Both the position numbers and the translations under genes were made by a program. Positions 28,575 through 37,663 of a stretch of DNA of 64,000 nucleotides are shown here, piece by piece; position 1 is the first letter of the stretch; each line of letters opens with the position of its first letter. The stretch is from Christensenellales bacterium (lineage in GTDB: Bacteria; Bacillota; Clostridia; Christensenellales; CAZKXV01), in assembly GCA_050952545.1 (NCBI GenBank), contig JBMNLD010000002.1, forward strand, positions 240,705 to 304,704, in the 5' to 3' direction. Under the pieces are notes generated by a model. That model had not been told where the DNA came from, did not search any database, and was given only the letters and a program-made list of their open reading frames with translations.

Positions 28575-28602
28575 TGAGCGAGTTAAGAGCTTTACACAGA
28601 AT

Positions 28603-28635
28603 ATAAAAAAAAGAGCCGGGTTAATCCCGACTCTT
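28603..28635 (-). terminator. Rho-independent terminator of rpsT
   Basis: Hairpin aagagtcggg/cccggctctt on the minus strand with one G-U, followed by a U-run. Confidence 0.55.
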
Positions 28636-28652
28636 ATTGATTTACTTAATAA

Positions 28653-28919
28653 TTATTTCTTTGCTTCGTTATATAATTTAGATACTGCCGACTTCTTTCT
28701 TGCGATAGTATTCTTATGATAAATACCGTCGTAATACGCCTTGTCAAGAATTGAAATTGTCTCCTTATAAAGTTTATCGCAGAGCTCGATATCCTTTGCT
28801 TGAGCGGCAAGCGTAAATTTCTTTATGGCGTTTCTAATTCTCGTACGCTTGGAGTTATTGGATAAATTCGCTTTCTCGTTTGTTTTAACCCTTTTGATTT
28901 GTGATTTAATATTAGGCAC
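28653..28919 (-). CDS. rpsT: 30S ribosomal protein S20
   Basis: (V)PNIKSQIKRVK... S20 signature. GTG start with RBS aaggag 7 nt upstream. The ORF-track N-terminal extension is rejected. Confidence 0.85.
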   Translation of the reverse strand: MPNIKSQIKRVKTNEKANLSNNSKRTRIRNAIKKFTLAAQAKDIELCDKLYKETISILDKAYYDGIYHKNTIARKKSAVSKLYNEAKK

Positions 28920-28998
28920 TTCGTATCTCCTTGAATTCATTTTAGTCAAGTAATTTTAACATAAGCATATTATTTTTGCAAGTATATGATATAAGATT

Positions 28999-29820
28999 TT
29001 GGGTAATCTTCTTATTATGCTTCCGTATACTGATTTAGCGTTGGAGTCAACGCCCGTTAAATCCGAAAAAAGATACTCCAGGGCGCTTTCAGACAATATT
29101 ATGATGACCTCGATAGACAGAGGCAAGGGCTCAAGATACATTACCTATGAGTGTTCGTTTAATATAATAAGCGATGACGCCGGTTGCAAAAAACTCTCGG
29201 AATATCTGTCTCAATCGATAAAGAAGCTGATGGGGCTAAAGCGTCTTACCGCAAGAACGCTTATAATCGGGCTAGGCAACAGAGGTATGACCGCGGACGC
29301 CCTCGGGCCGAAAGTCGTAGACAAAATAAAAATCAACGACAAGATTAATTGCGTTTACGCGTTCAATCCTTCGGTAAAAGGGCTTACGGGGCTTGAAACA
29401 TACGATGTCGTAAAAGGAATCAGCGACAGAATTAAGCCCGATATGATAATCGCTATTGATACTCTCGCCTCAAGAAGAGTAAACCGCATAAGCTCGGCTT
29501 TTCAGATGACGGACAGCGGTATAAGCCCCGGCAGCGGCGTCGGCAATATCAGGCAGGCGATAAATGCCGTAACATTGGGCATTCCCGTAATAGCAATCGG
29601 AGTGCCGTTGGTTGTATACGCGAAGACCCTCGCTCTGGATGTGCTTGGCGATTACCTTGATAACGCAAGCCAATACGACTTATCCGAAAAGGCGGTGAAT
29701 TCTATAAGAAATTCCTTAAATTATAAGCCGTCCGACCTTGTGGTTACGCCTAAAGAAATTGATATTATTGTCGATGCGGCGGCCGACATAATCGCGGACG
29801 CTATAAATATCGCTCTTTAA
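28999..29820 (+). CDS. gpr: Germination protease (spore protease GPR family). Start uncertain, with an alternative at 29017.
   Basis: IIGLGNRGMTADALGP, IAIDTLASRRV and DSGISPGSGVGN match Gpr. The rpsT-gpr adjacency matches B. subtilis. Confidence 0.75.
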   Translation: MGNLLIMLPYTDLALESTPVKSEKRYSRALSDNIMMTSIDRGKGSRYITYECSFNIISDDAGCKKLSEYLSQSIKKLMGLKRLTARTLIIGLGNRGMTADALGPKVVDKIKINDKINCVYAFNPSVKGLTGLETYDVVKGISDRIKPDMIIAIDTLASRRVNRISSAFQMTDSGISPGSGVGNIRQAINAVTLGIPVIAIGVPLVVYAKTLALDVLGDYLDNASQYDLSEKAVNSIRNSLNYKPSDLVVTPKEIDIIVDAAADIIADAINIAL

Positions 29821-29856
29821 TTTCTATTTTTTATTATCCTTCATATATTAATTACT

Positions 29857-30588
29857 ATGGCGACAATCGGTGTTACTGACAGCGGTATGGGCGGATTGAC
29901 GGTATTAAACGCCCTTATAAGAAACTGCAGTCATAATTACATATTCTTAGCCGACACTCCCGGCGCTCCGTACGGCTTAAAATCCAAAGAAAACATTACC
30001 TTTCTGACTGGAAATTGCATTGACAGACTGATCTGCGCAGGCGCGGACATCATTGTCGTAGCCTGTAATACGGCGACATCCGCTGCAATAGATACAATCA
30101 GAAGTATTTACGATATCGACATAATCGGTACGGAGCCCGCGATTATGCCCGCTATCAGGGCAAAGCACAAGAAAATCCTTTCGCTGGCAACGCCGTATAC
30201 TATTCAATCCGCCAGATATATCAGGCTTGCGGCAAATTTCAGGGATTATATTACGGATTGCCCATGCAGGGATTTAGCGGCGCTGATTGAAGCCGCTGCG
30301 CCGGATTTCGACAAATTATACGATTACATAAAAAGTATTCTGAAGCCCTTTCTTGACTATACGGCGATAGTTATAGGCTGCACGCACTACGCGCTAGTTG
30401 CGGATATAATCAAGAAAATTATGCCGCACGCGGAAATATTTGACAGCTCGGCGGGAATAGTAAGCAGAGTTAAGCATATTTGCTCGGGTAAAGGGCTTGC
30501 CGAAGAGGATTTATGCGTAAAAATTACCGGTATTCGGGAAGACCTTGAAACGAGTTTATATTATGAAGTATTAAATAATCTGCGTTAA
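29857..30588 (+). CDS. murI: Glutamate racemase
   Basis: IGVTDSGMGGLTV, VVACNTATSAAI and GCTHY motifs. Confidence 0.8.
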   Translation: MATIGVTDSGMGGLTVLNALIRNCSHNYIFLADTPGAPYGLKSKENITFLTGNCIDRLICAGADIIVVACNTATSAAIDTIRSIYDIDIIGTEPAIMPAIRAKHKKILSLATPYTIQSARYIRLAANFRDYITDCPCRDLAALIEAAAPDFDKLYDYIKSILKPFLDYTAIVIGCTHYALVADIIKKIMPHAEIFDSSAGIVSRVKHICSGKGLAEEDLCVKITGIREDLETSLYYEVLNNLR

Positions 30589-30670
30589 AATAAATATTGC
30601 AATTGAATTTAATTAATGTTAAAATATTAAACAGAGCATTCATTTTGCTTTAATACTTAAGGAGGGGGTT

Positions 30671-31273
30671 ATGGGAGAGTTTTTTCAATCATTATCGATA
30701 TTCGAGACTGTACTATTCATTTTCGCGTCTATTTCAAGTCTTATTCTGCTTGCGCAGATTGTATTAGTTCTTATCGGTATAGGCCATGACGGGGATGTCG
30801 ATATTCATACGGATTACGACGATATATCCGACACGGCTGATAGCGACGATGTGTCTTCGGGCGCGGGCTTTTCGATAATCACATTCAAGGGAATAATCGC
30901 GTTCTTTTCCGTCGGTTGTTGGTCGGCATTTGCCGTATCGCAGGCTAACGGGCGTATCGTGCTTGTAATAATCGTCGGACTACTTGCGGGCTTAGCGTCT
31001 ATGTTCGGTGTAGCGTACCTTTATAAGTTGAGTTTTAAGATGCAGGAAGACGGCACTCTCAATATCAATAACGCAATCGGTCAGGTGGGTAAAGTATATC
31101 TCACCGTACCCTCTAAAGGCGGCGGCTCGGGTAAGGTCGTGCTGACAATTCAGGAACGTTACGCAGAGCTTGATGCGATTACAAACAGCCAAGAGCCGAT
31201 AAAGACGGACGAGATGGTAAGAGTCATCGGATGTTATGAAAATTCCTTAATTGTCGAGAAGCTAGATAGATAA
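30671..31273 (+). CDS. NfeD-family membrane protein (partner of FloT-like flotillin)
   Basis: Acidic N-terminus, TM helices and a C-terminal OB-fold-like domain. Sits directly upstream of a flotillin gene. Confidence 0.6.
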   Translation: MGEFFQSLSIFETVLFIFASISSLILLAQIVLVLIGIGHDGDVDIHTDYDDISDTADSDDVSSGAGFSIITFKGIIAFFSVGCWSAFAVSQANGRIVLVIIVGLLAGLASMFGVAYLYKLSFKMQEDGTLNINNAIGQVGKVYLTVPSKGGGSGKVVLTIQERYAELDAITNSQEPIKTDEMVRVIGCYENSLIVEKLDR

Positions 31274-31288
31274 AATACGGAGGTTAAT

Positions 31289-32713
31289 ATGTTATATAGT
31301 TCGGTAGGAGTGTTTTTTGCAATATTTATTCCTGTTATGATAATATTCTCTATGTTTCTGGTATTTGTATCGAGATACAAGAGATGTCCGTCAGACAAGA
31401 TAATGGTTATTAACGGCAAGGTCGGCAGCAACAAAGACGGCAGTCAGAGATCGGCGAAATGCATTCACGGCGGCGCGGCGTTTATCGTGCCGTTAATTCA
31501 GGAGTATTCATTCCTGGACCTTACGCCGATATCCATAAGCGTCGACTTAAAGAACGCGCTTTCAAGGCAGAACATCAGGATAGATGTTCCCTCCAGGTTT
31601 ACCGTAGGCGTATCTACTGAGCCGGGAGTTATGCAGAACGCGGCTGAAAGGTTATTGGGATTAAAACTTAACGAAATTCAGGAGCTTGCGAAAGATATTA
31701 TTTTCGGTCAGTTAAGGCTTGTCATAGCGACTATGAATATTGAAGAGATTAACACCGACCGTGATAAATTCCTTGATTCGATCTCCAGAAATGTCGAAAG
31801 CGAATTAAAGAAAATCGGTCTTAAACTGATAAATGTTAACGTTACCGATATCAGCGACGAGAGCGGATATATTATCGCGCTCGGCAAAGAGGCGGCCGCC
31901 AAAGCCATAAACGACGCCAAAATTTCTGTCGCGGAAGCGGACAGAACGGGCTCGATAGGCGAGGCGCAGGCGAAACGAGACCAGAGAATCAATGTCGCAA
32001 AGGCGGATTCAGAAGCAATAAAGGGCGAGAACGAATCCAAAGCGGCGGTAGCGAATTATCAAGCGCAATTAAGAGAGGCGGAAGCGGAAGCGCAAAGAAG
32101 AGCGGTCGCCGCTGAGAAAATCCAGTCGGCAAAAGCGCTCGAAGAAGCGTACGAGGCCGAAAAGGAGGCTGAACTTGCGCGTGCGGCGCTTGAAAAGGCG
32201 ACGCAGGAAGCTGATATCATCGTAAAAGTTGAGATAGAAAAGAGAAGAAAAGAATTAGAAGCCGAGGCGGAAGCGGAGCAGGTCAGAAGAAAGGCGGCGG
32301 GCGATGCTTACGCGATTTTCGCGAAAATGGAAGCGGAAGCGCGCGGCGTTAAAGAATTATTGACCAAGCAAGCTGAAGGTATAGCGAATATCGTCGCAGC
32401 GGCGGGCGGAGACGCTTCTGACGCTATGAGACTTATGATAGCCGAGAAGATAGAAGAACTCGTATCCATTCAGGTCGAGGCAATTAAGAATCTTAAAATC
32501 GACAAGGTTACCGTATGGGAGAACGGCAGCGGCGACAAGCCTGCAACGGCAAATTTTCTCTCGGGGCTCCTTAAATCTCTGCCTCCTATGAGCGACTTGT
32601 TCGATATGGCGGGACTGTCATTGCCCGAGATAATAAAGGTGAAGAAAGAACCGGAAGCGGAAGCGGCTAAAGATACCAAAGCCGAAGAGAAAACAGTTAA
32701 GGATAAAAAATAA
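31289..32713 (+). CDS. floT: Flotillin-family SPFH protein (FloT/YuaG-like)
   Basis: 474 aa. N-terminal TM, SPFH domain, long EA-rich coiled-coil (AEAEAQRRA...). Confidence 0.75.
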   Translation: MLYSSVGVFFAIFIPVMIIFSMFLVFVSRYKRCPSDKIMVINGKVGSNKDGSQRSAKCIHGGAAFIVPLIQEYSFLDLTPISISVDLKNALSRQNIRIDVPSRFTVGVSTEPGVMQNAAERLLGLKLNEIQELAKDIIFGQLRLVIATMNIEEINTDRDKFLDSISRNVESELKKIGLKLINVNVTDISDESGYIIALGKEAAAKAINDAKISVAEADRTGSIGEAQAKRDQRINVAKADSEAIKGENESKAAVANYQAQLREAEAEAQRRAVAAEKIQSAKALEEAYEAEKEAELARAALEKATQEADIIVKVEIEKRRKELEAEAEAEQVRRKAAGDAYAIFAKMEAEARGVKELLTKQAEGIANIVAAAGGDASDAMRLMIAEKIEELVSIQVEAIKNLKIDKVTVWENGSGDKPATANFLSGLLKSLPPMSDLFDMAGLSLPEIIKVKKEPEAEAAKDTKAEEKTVKDKK

Positions 32714-32784
32714 ATTTGTTCCGCTTGCCTATAACGGCAAGCGGAAGTGTTATACAGCTTTAACGGCGTTTCAATCGGAATTTC

Positions 32785-32917
32785 GTCGCAATGCGACTTC
32801 TTTTACGAGATTAGGTTACGCCTAATCTCTTATCATCAGCCGATTGCTCCGTATCTGCGACCAGTCGTAAATGCCGCAAACGGCATTTGGTCGGACTCTT
32901 GTAAGGGACTGTTTTTT
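32785..32917 (+). ncRNA. Candidate structured small RNA / dispersed intergenic element (copy B). It spans a 5' GTCGCAATGCG motif, the AAGAGATTAGG hairpin, GATTGCTCC, the AAATGCCG hairpin, then GACTG plus a U-run.
   Basis: Shares >70 nt with copies at 13153 and 35232-35313 (minus). The AAATGCC hairpin region also matches 57376-57414. Ends in CAGTC...GACTG TTTTTT. Confidence 0.4.
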
Positions 32918-33119
32918 ATGAGGCGCAGGAGAATATTAATGCAATAATACTATCTGCGAGCGCCCAGCCGCCAAATCATCGCAAAATTACTTGTTCCCTC
33001 GTCCTCGACGGACGGCGCAAAAAATATCCGAATATCGGTTGATATAATTGTATTTTTATTGTATAATTTACGATAGCGTTTTTTGACGCCTTTGAAGACT
33101 ACTACAAGGGGTATATTTA

Positions 33120-35171
33120 ATGAAGACATTTTTAAGCAGTCAAATCAGAAATGTGGTTTTATTAGGTCACAGCGGCGAAGGGAAGACTTCTCTTGCCGAA
33201 ACAATGCTTTATAACTGTAAATCAACCGACAGAATGGGCAGGGTAGACGACGGCACATCCGTTATGGATTACGACGCCGAGGAGATCAATCGCAAGATAT
33301 CAATAAGTCTCTCCGTTGCGTACGGAGTATGGAACGATACCAAGATAAATATTCTCGACACGCCGGGATTTTTCGATTTCGAGGGCGAGGTCGTATCCGC
33401 TCTGCATGTAGCGGACGCGGCGATTGTCGTAAACGGCGCGGGCGGCACCTTGCCGGTCGGCACGGAAAAGGCGCTTGATAACTTGAAAGACAAGAATATT
33501 CCAACATTTCTGTTTATTAACGGCATTAATAAAGAAAACGCTAATTACAATCAGACAATAAGCGCCATTAAAGAAAAATTCAGCAATATCCTGCCTTTAG
33601 AGATACCGATAATCCAAGCTAATTCTATGACGGGCTATATAAGCGTGCTCGACGGTAAAGCGTACAATTTAGACGGAAGCGCTAAGGATATTCCAGCCGA
33701 CTTGAAGGCACAGGCGGAAGAAGCGCTTTTCGAGCTTACCGAGCTTGCCGCCGAGAGCGACGACGCTTTGCTTGAAAAATACTTTGACGGTCAGACGCTA
33801 ACATCCGAAGAGCTTATAGGCGGCATTAAGAAAGCGTGCGCTGAAGGCAGGGTTATTCTGTCGCTGTGCGGCGCGGCCGTCGGCAATATCGGCGTAACCA
33901 ATCTCTTAAACGCGATTAATAATATTTTTCCCGCTCCCGCATTAAAGAGCGCCAAAGCCTATAAGGGCGATACCGAAATTCAGGTAAAATGCGATAGCAA
34001 CGCCGCTTTCTCGGCGCAGGTCTTCAAGGCGATAGCCGATCCGTTCGTAGGAAAGCTGTTAATGTTCAAGGTTATGTCCGGCGTGATGAAAACGGGCGAC
34101 ATCGTGTATAATGTAAACGCCGGAAAGCAAGAAAAAATCGCCGCAATATATATAATGAAAGGCAAGAAGCAGGAAATCGTATCCGAGCTGTATGCCGGCG
34201 ATATCGGCGCGCTTGCGAAATTATCGTACACTAATAACGGTGACACGCTCTCGGATAAGGGCGAAGCGTATAGATTCTCCGAAATTCAGTACCCGAAACC
34301 CGTAATTTCGCTCCATGTTACCAGCGAAAAGCAGGGCGACGAGGAAAAGGTAATTAACGGTCTTAACAGGCTCTTAGAAGAAGACAGCACATTCTCGCTG
34401 GTGAAAAATCAGGAAACGGGTCAGATGCTGTTAAGCGGTCTCGGCGAAATGCAACTCGATGTAATCTGCAAGAAATTAAAGAATAAATTCAATGTAGAAG
34501 CGAAACTCGAAGACCCGAAAATCCCTTACAGAGAGACTATCAGAAAGACCGTCGAGCAACAGGGCAAACACAAGAAACAATCGGGCGGACACGGTCAGTA
34601 CGGCGATGTGCATATCAGATTCGAGCCTAACCCAGACGGCGGCTTTGAATTTGCCGAAGAGATTGTCGGCGGCACCGTGCCCAAGCAGTATTTCCCCGCG
34701 GTGGAAAAAGGCTTGAGAGAAAGCATTCAATCCGGCGTGCTTGCGGGCTATCCCGTAGTCGATATCAAAGCGACGCTCTTTTTCGGCAGCTATCACGATG
34801 TGGACTCTTCCGAAATGGCGTTCAAACTCGCGGCAAATATCGCGTACAGAGAGGGTCTCGTTAAGGCGGCGCCCGTACTATTAGAGCCTATTTACAAAGC
34901 CGAAGTTACCGTTCCCGAAAGTTATATGGGCGATATTCTGGGCGACCTTAACAAGAGACGCGGCCGAATATTGGGCATGGAGCCGACAGATAATAAGCAG
35001 AAAATCACGGCGGAAGTCCCGCTTGCGGAAATGTTCAAGTACGCGACGGATTTAAGGTCTATGACTCAGGGACGCGGTTCGTTCTCAATGGAATTCGTGC
35101 GCTACGAGGAAGTTCCCTCGCTGATTGCAAAAAAAATCGTAGAAGAAGCCCAGAAAAATAAATCAGAATAA
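33120..35171 (+). CDS. Elongation factor G-family GTPase (EF-G paralog)
   Basis: G1 motif GHSGEGKTS and DTPGFFDFEGEV. Five-domain EF-G length of 683 aa. Confidence 0.8.
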   Translation: MKTFLSSQIRNVVLLGHSGEGKTSLAETMLYNCKSTDRMGRVDDGTSVMDYDAEEINRKISISLSVAYGVWNDTKINILDTPGFFDFEGEVVSALHVADAAIVVNGAGGTLPVGTEKALDNLKDKNIPTFLFINGINKENANYNQTISAIKEKFSNILPLEIPIIQANSMTGYISVLDGKAYNLDGSAKDIPADLKAQAEEALFELTELAAESDDALLEKYFDGQTLTSEELIGGIKKACAEGRVILSLCGAAVGNIGVTNLLNAINNIFPAPALKSAKAYKGDTEIQVKCDSNAAFSAQVFKAIADPFVGKLLMFKVMSGVMKTGDIVYNVNAGKQEKIAAIYIMKGKKQEIVSELYAGDIGALAKLSYTNNGDTLSDKGEAYRFSEIQYPKPVISLHVTSEKQGDEEKVINGLNRLLEEDSTFSLVKNQETGQMLLSGLGEMQLDVICKKLKNKFNVEAKLEDPKIPYRETIRKTVEQQGKHKKQSGGHGQYGDVHIRFEPNPDGGFEFAEEIVGGTVPKQYFPAVEKGLRESIQSGVLAGYPVVDIKATLFFGSYHDVDSSEMAFKLAANIAYREGLVKAAPVLLEPIYKAEVTVPESYMGDILGDLNKRRGRILGMEPTDNKQKITAEVPLAEMFKYATDLRSMTQGRGSFSMEFVRYEEVPSLIAKKIVEEAQKNKSE

Positions 35172-35231
35172 TTCAATTCCGCCGTCGCAAGACGGCGGAA
35201 TTGCTATATCCGATTAATTGGCTGATTTTAG

Positions 35232-35313
35232 ACTTATCGGCGAAGAGGAGCAATCGCCTGAATATAAGAGATTAGGCGCAACCCGATCTCGTGAAGAAGC
35301 CGCATTGCGACGA
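35232..35313 (-). repeat. Inverted-orientation copy (copy C) of the dispersed GTCGCAATGCG-hairpin-GATTGCTCC element
   Basis: The reverse complement reads tcgtcgcaatgcggcttcttcacgagatcgggttgcgcctaatctcttatattcaggcgattgctcctcttcgccgat. Confidence 0.8.
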
Positions 35314-35330
35314 GAACGGCGGAATAATTG

Positions 35331-35359
35331 TTGACTAGTTATGGCTTACTAAGTATACT
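35331..35359 (+). promoter_or_regulatory. Promoter TTGACT-17-TATACT whose -10 ends 6 nt before the patatin ATG, predicting a leaderless mRNA
   Basis: TTGACT at 35331-35336, TATACT at 35354-35359, ATG at 35366. No SD sequence. Confidence 0.45.
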
Positions 35360-35365
35360 TGATGT

Positions 35366-36532
35366 ATGCTCGGATTAGCATTACAGGGAGGAGGCGCCAA
35401 GGGCGCGTTTCAGGCGGGAGCCATAAAGGCGTTATTTGAAGAAGGATATCGCTTTGACGGCGTTGTCGGCAGTTCGATAGGAGCGCTCAACGGAGCGCTT
35501 ATTGCCCAGGGCGACTTTGAAAAGACCTATGAGCTGTGGTATAACATGGAGATTTCCAAGTTATTCGATATCGACGACAGAATCGCGGAGAATATCAGCA
35601 ACTTAAACATCGATGCCGAGACCATTAAATATGTGTACCGTAAAATACGGCAAGTAATCAGCAACCGTGGACTTGACAGACAACGCGGCAGGGAATTGAT
35701 TATGGAGTACCTCGATGAGACCAAACTCCGCTCGAGCAAGACGGATTTCGGACTTGTAATAATTGAAAAAGGCGAGAAATACCTGCCGCATAAGCTCTTT
35801 AAGGAAGATATACCCGAAGGTCTTTTGATTGATTACATTATCGCGAGCGGCAATTTGCCGATTTTTAAGGATTTGACCGTTGACGGCAAGAAAATTTACG
35901 ATGGCGGATTTTACGATAATCTGCCTATCAATATGCTGATAGACAGAGGCTATACCGAAATTATCGCAATCCGTCTCGGAGACAGTATCGCTCCCGTAAA
36001 AAAAGTCGTCGACAATAGCGTTAACATCAAATACATCGACCCCAGCGAAAAGCCCGGCTCGCTTCTGAATTTCACGAACAAGTCTTTAAGGCGCGCGATT
36101 GTAATGGGATATCTCGACACACAAAAAATTCTTAAAGGCTATATCGGCGGCAAATATTTTATTTATCCCGTATCGGACGGGGATTTTTATAAATTTTTAT
36201 ATAATTTACCTTTGAGTTTTTATAACGAGTGTGCTATTATATTAGGAATATCAGCATTTGATAATATTTATTCCGCAGTAGCGTCGGTCGCGGGTAAAGT
36301 CAAAGAACTGATGAAACTTGAGACGCTTAGCGACAAAGAATGTCTGATAAGATATATAGAAGCGTTCGCCGAATATCTGAAAGTCGAGAGATTAAAAGTA
36401 TATAAGTTAAAAGAATTTCTCGATACGGTAATAAAGGCGTACGCGAAAAATCAGGATACGGATTACAAAAAGGACAGGAGGCTGGTTAAGCTGAAGTCAG
36501 TCCTGGACACGCTGGTTAAGTATTATAAATAA
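35366..36532 (+). CDS. Patatin-like phospholipase
   Basis: GGGAKGAFQAG oxyanion motif and GSSIG (GxSxG) nucleophile elbow. Confidence 0.8.
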   Translation: MLGLALQGGGAKGAFQAGAIKALFEEGYRFDGVVGSSIGALNGALIAQGDFEKTYELWYNMEISKLFDIDDRIAENISNLNIDAETIKYVYRKIRQVISNRGLDRQRGRELIMEYLDETKLRSSKTDFGLVIIEKGEKYLPHKLFKEDIPEGLLIDYIIASGNLPIFKDLTVDGKKIYDGGFYDNLPINMLIDRGYTEIIAIRLGDSIAPVKKVVDNSVNIKYIDPSEKPGSLLNFTNKSLRRAIVMGYLDTQKILKGYIGGKYFIYPVSDGDFYKFLYNLPLSFYNECAIILGISAFDNIYSAVASVAGKVKELMKLETLSDKECLIRYIEAFAEYLKVERLKVYKLKEFLDTVIKAYAKNQDTDYKKDRRLVKLKSVLDTLVKYYK

Positions 36533-36547
36533 GTAGGAGAAAATAGA

Positions 36548-37663
36548 ATGGAAAAGGAAGAGGGACGAGAGAATAAGTTCAAAGCATGCGCGTTAAAACT
36601 GCTTAACAGATGGTTTATCGAGGCATTCTCCGGCATGGCGCAGGGATTGTTCGTTACGCTTATCGCGGGGCTTATCATCAAGCAGATAGGCATTTATATA
36701 GGCGAGAATAAATTCGGGCTGTCTTTAGTCGCGATTGGCTCTATCGCAATGATTCTGACGGGCGCGGGAATAGGCGGCGGCATAGCTCACGCCTTGAAAG
36801 CGAATAAGCTAGTTATTTTTGCCTCGATGGTCGCAGGTATGGTCGGCGCCAACACGGCGGCTTTTAATGCCGAGGTATTAAATCCCGACAACACAATCGC
36901 GACAATTGCCGCGATGATACCTCTAAAGGGCGGCGACCCGATAGGCGCGTATGTCGCGGCGCTTGTAGCCGCCGAAATAGGAATACTTCTGACAGGCAAG
37001 ACCAAAGGGCTGGATATTATAGTTCTGCCGTTGTCGGTTATTTTAACCGGACTTGTCATAACTATCTTTATCTGTCCTTTCATTATTGACGCGATTAACG
37101 CATTGAGCAGGGCGATATTCACCGCCACCGAGCTTAAACCTTTCTTAATGGGAATAGTAATCTCGGTCGTAGTCGGGGTATTATTGACAATGCCTACGAG
37201 CAGCGCCGCTATATGTATAAGCCTCGGGCTTGGCGGAATAGTCGGAGGCGCGGCTGTCGTCGGTTGCGCGGCGCATATGGTGGGATTTGCCGTAATGAGT
37301 TTCAGAGAAAATAAATTCGGCGGTCTGATAGCGCAGGGGCTCGGGACGAGCATGCTGCAAATACCCAATGTTATGAGAAAGCCCGTGTTGCTTGTGCCGC
37401 CCATTATCGCGAGCGCGATAGCGGGACCGCTCGCAACGGTCGTATTCAAGCTGGAATGCACTCCCGCCGGAAGCGGTATGGGTACTTCGGGACTGGTCGG
37501 CGTGCTTCAGACTATTGAAGCGAGCAAGAGCGTAATGGGCGCCGGAAAGCTCGCGTTTGCCGTTATTTTGCTGCTATTTGTAATGCCTGCGGCGATATGC
37601 TTATTAGTAAGCGAAATTATGAGAAAATATAATATTATAAAATACGGAGACTTAAAACTTTGA
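36548..37663 (+). CDS. Polytopic membrane protein, possibly a PTS EIIC-like (PTS_EIIC_2-type) transporter
   Basis: About 10 predicted TM helices and Gly-rich membrane loops. Family assignment is from memory only. Confidence 0.4.
   Translation: MEKEEGRENKFKACALKLLNRWFIEAFSGMAQGLFVTLIAGLIIKQIGIYIGENKFGLSLVAIGSIAMILTGAGIGGGIAHALKANKLVIFASMVAGMVGANTAAFNAEVLNPDNTIATIAAMIPLKGGDPIGAYVAALVAAEIGILLTGKTKGLDIIVLPLSVILTGLVITIFICPFIIDAINALSRAIFTATELKPFLMGIVISVVVGVLLTMPTSSAAICISLGLGGIVGGAAVVGCAAHMVGFAVMSFRENKFGGLIAQGLGTSMLQIPNVMRKPVLLVPPIIASAIAGPLATVVFKLECTPAGSGMGTSGLVGVLQTIEASKSVMGAGKLAFAVILLLFVMPAAICLLVSEIMRKYNIIKYGDLKL

Noticed and set aside
28920-28949. ORF-track N-terminal extension of rpsT (MTKMNSRRYEV)
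   Set aside because: A GTG start with an aaggag RBS gives the canonical S20 N-terminus PNIKSQIKR. The extension lacks an RBS.
32747-32947. 66-aa plus-strand ORF spanning the dispersed motif copy B
   Set aside because: It lies entirely within the conserved structured element, has no RBS, and homologous copies elsewhere are not in frame. It is more likely non-coding.
33120-35171. Tet(M)/Tet(O)-type ribosomal protection protein
   Set aside because: The length (683 aa) and N-terminal sequence fit EF-G paralogs better than the ~639-aa Tet(M) family. No resistance-island context is present.
36787-37461. 224-aa minus-strand ORF inside the EIIC-like membrane protein gene
   Set aside because: It sits antisense to a GC-rich, Gly/Ala-rich membrane gene. 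It has no RBS or promoter, and its composition mirrors the sense strand.
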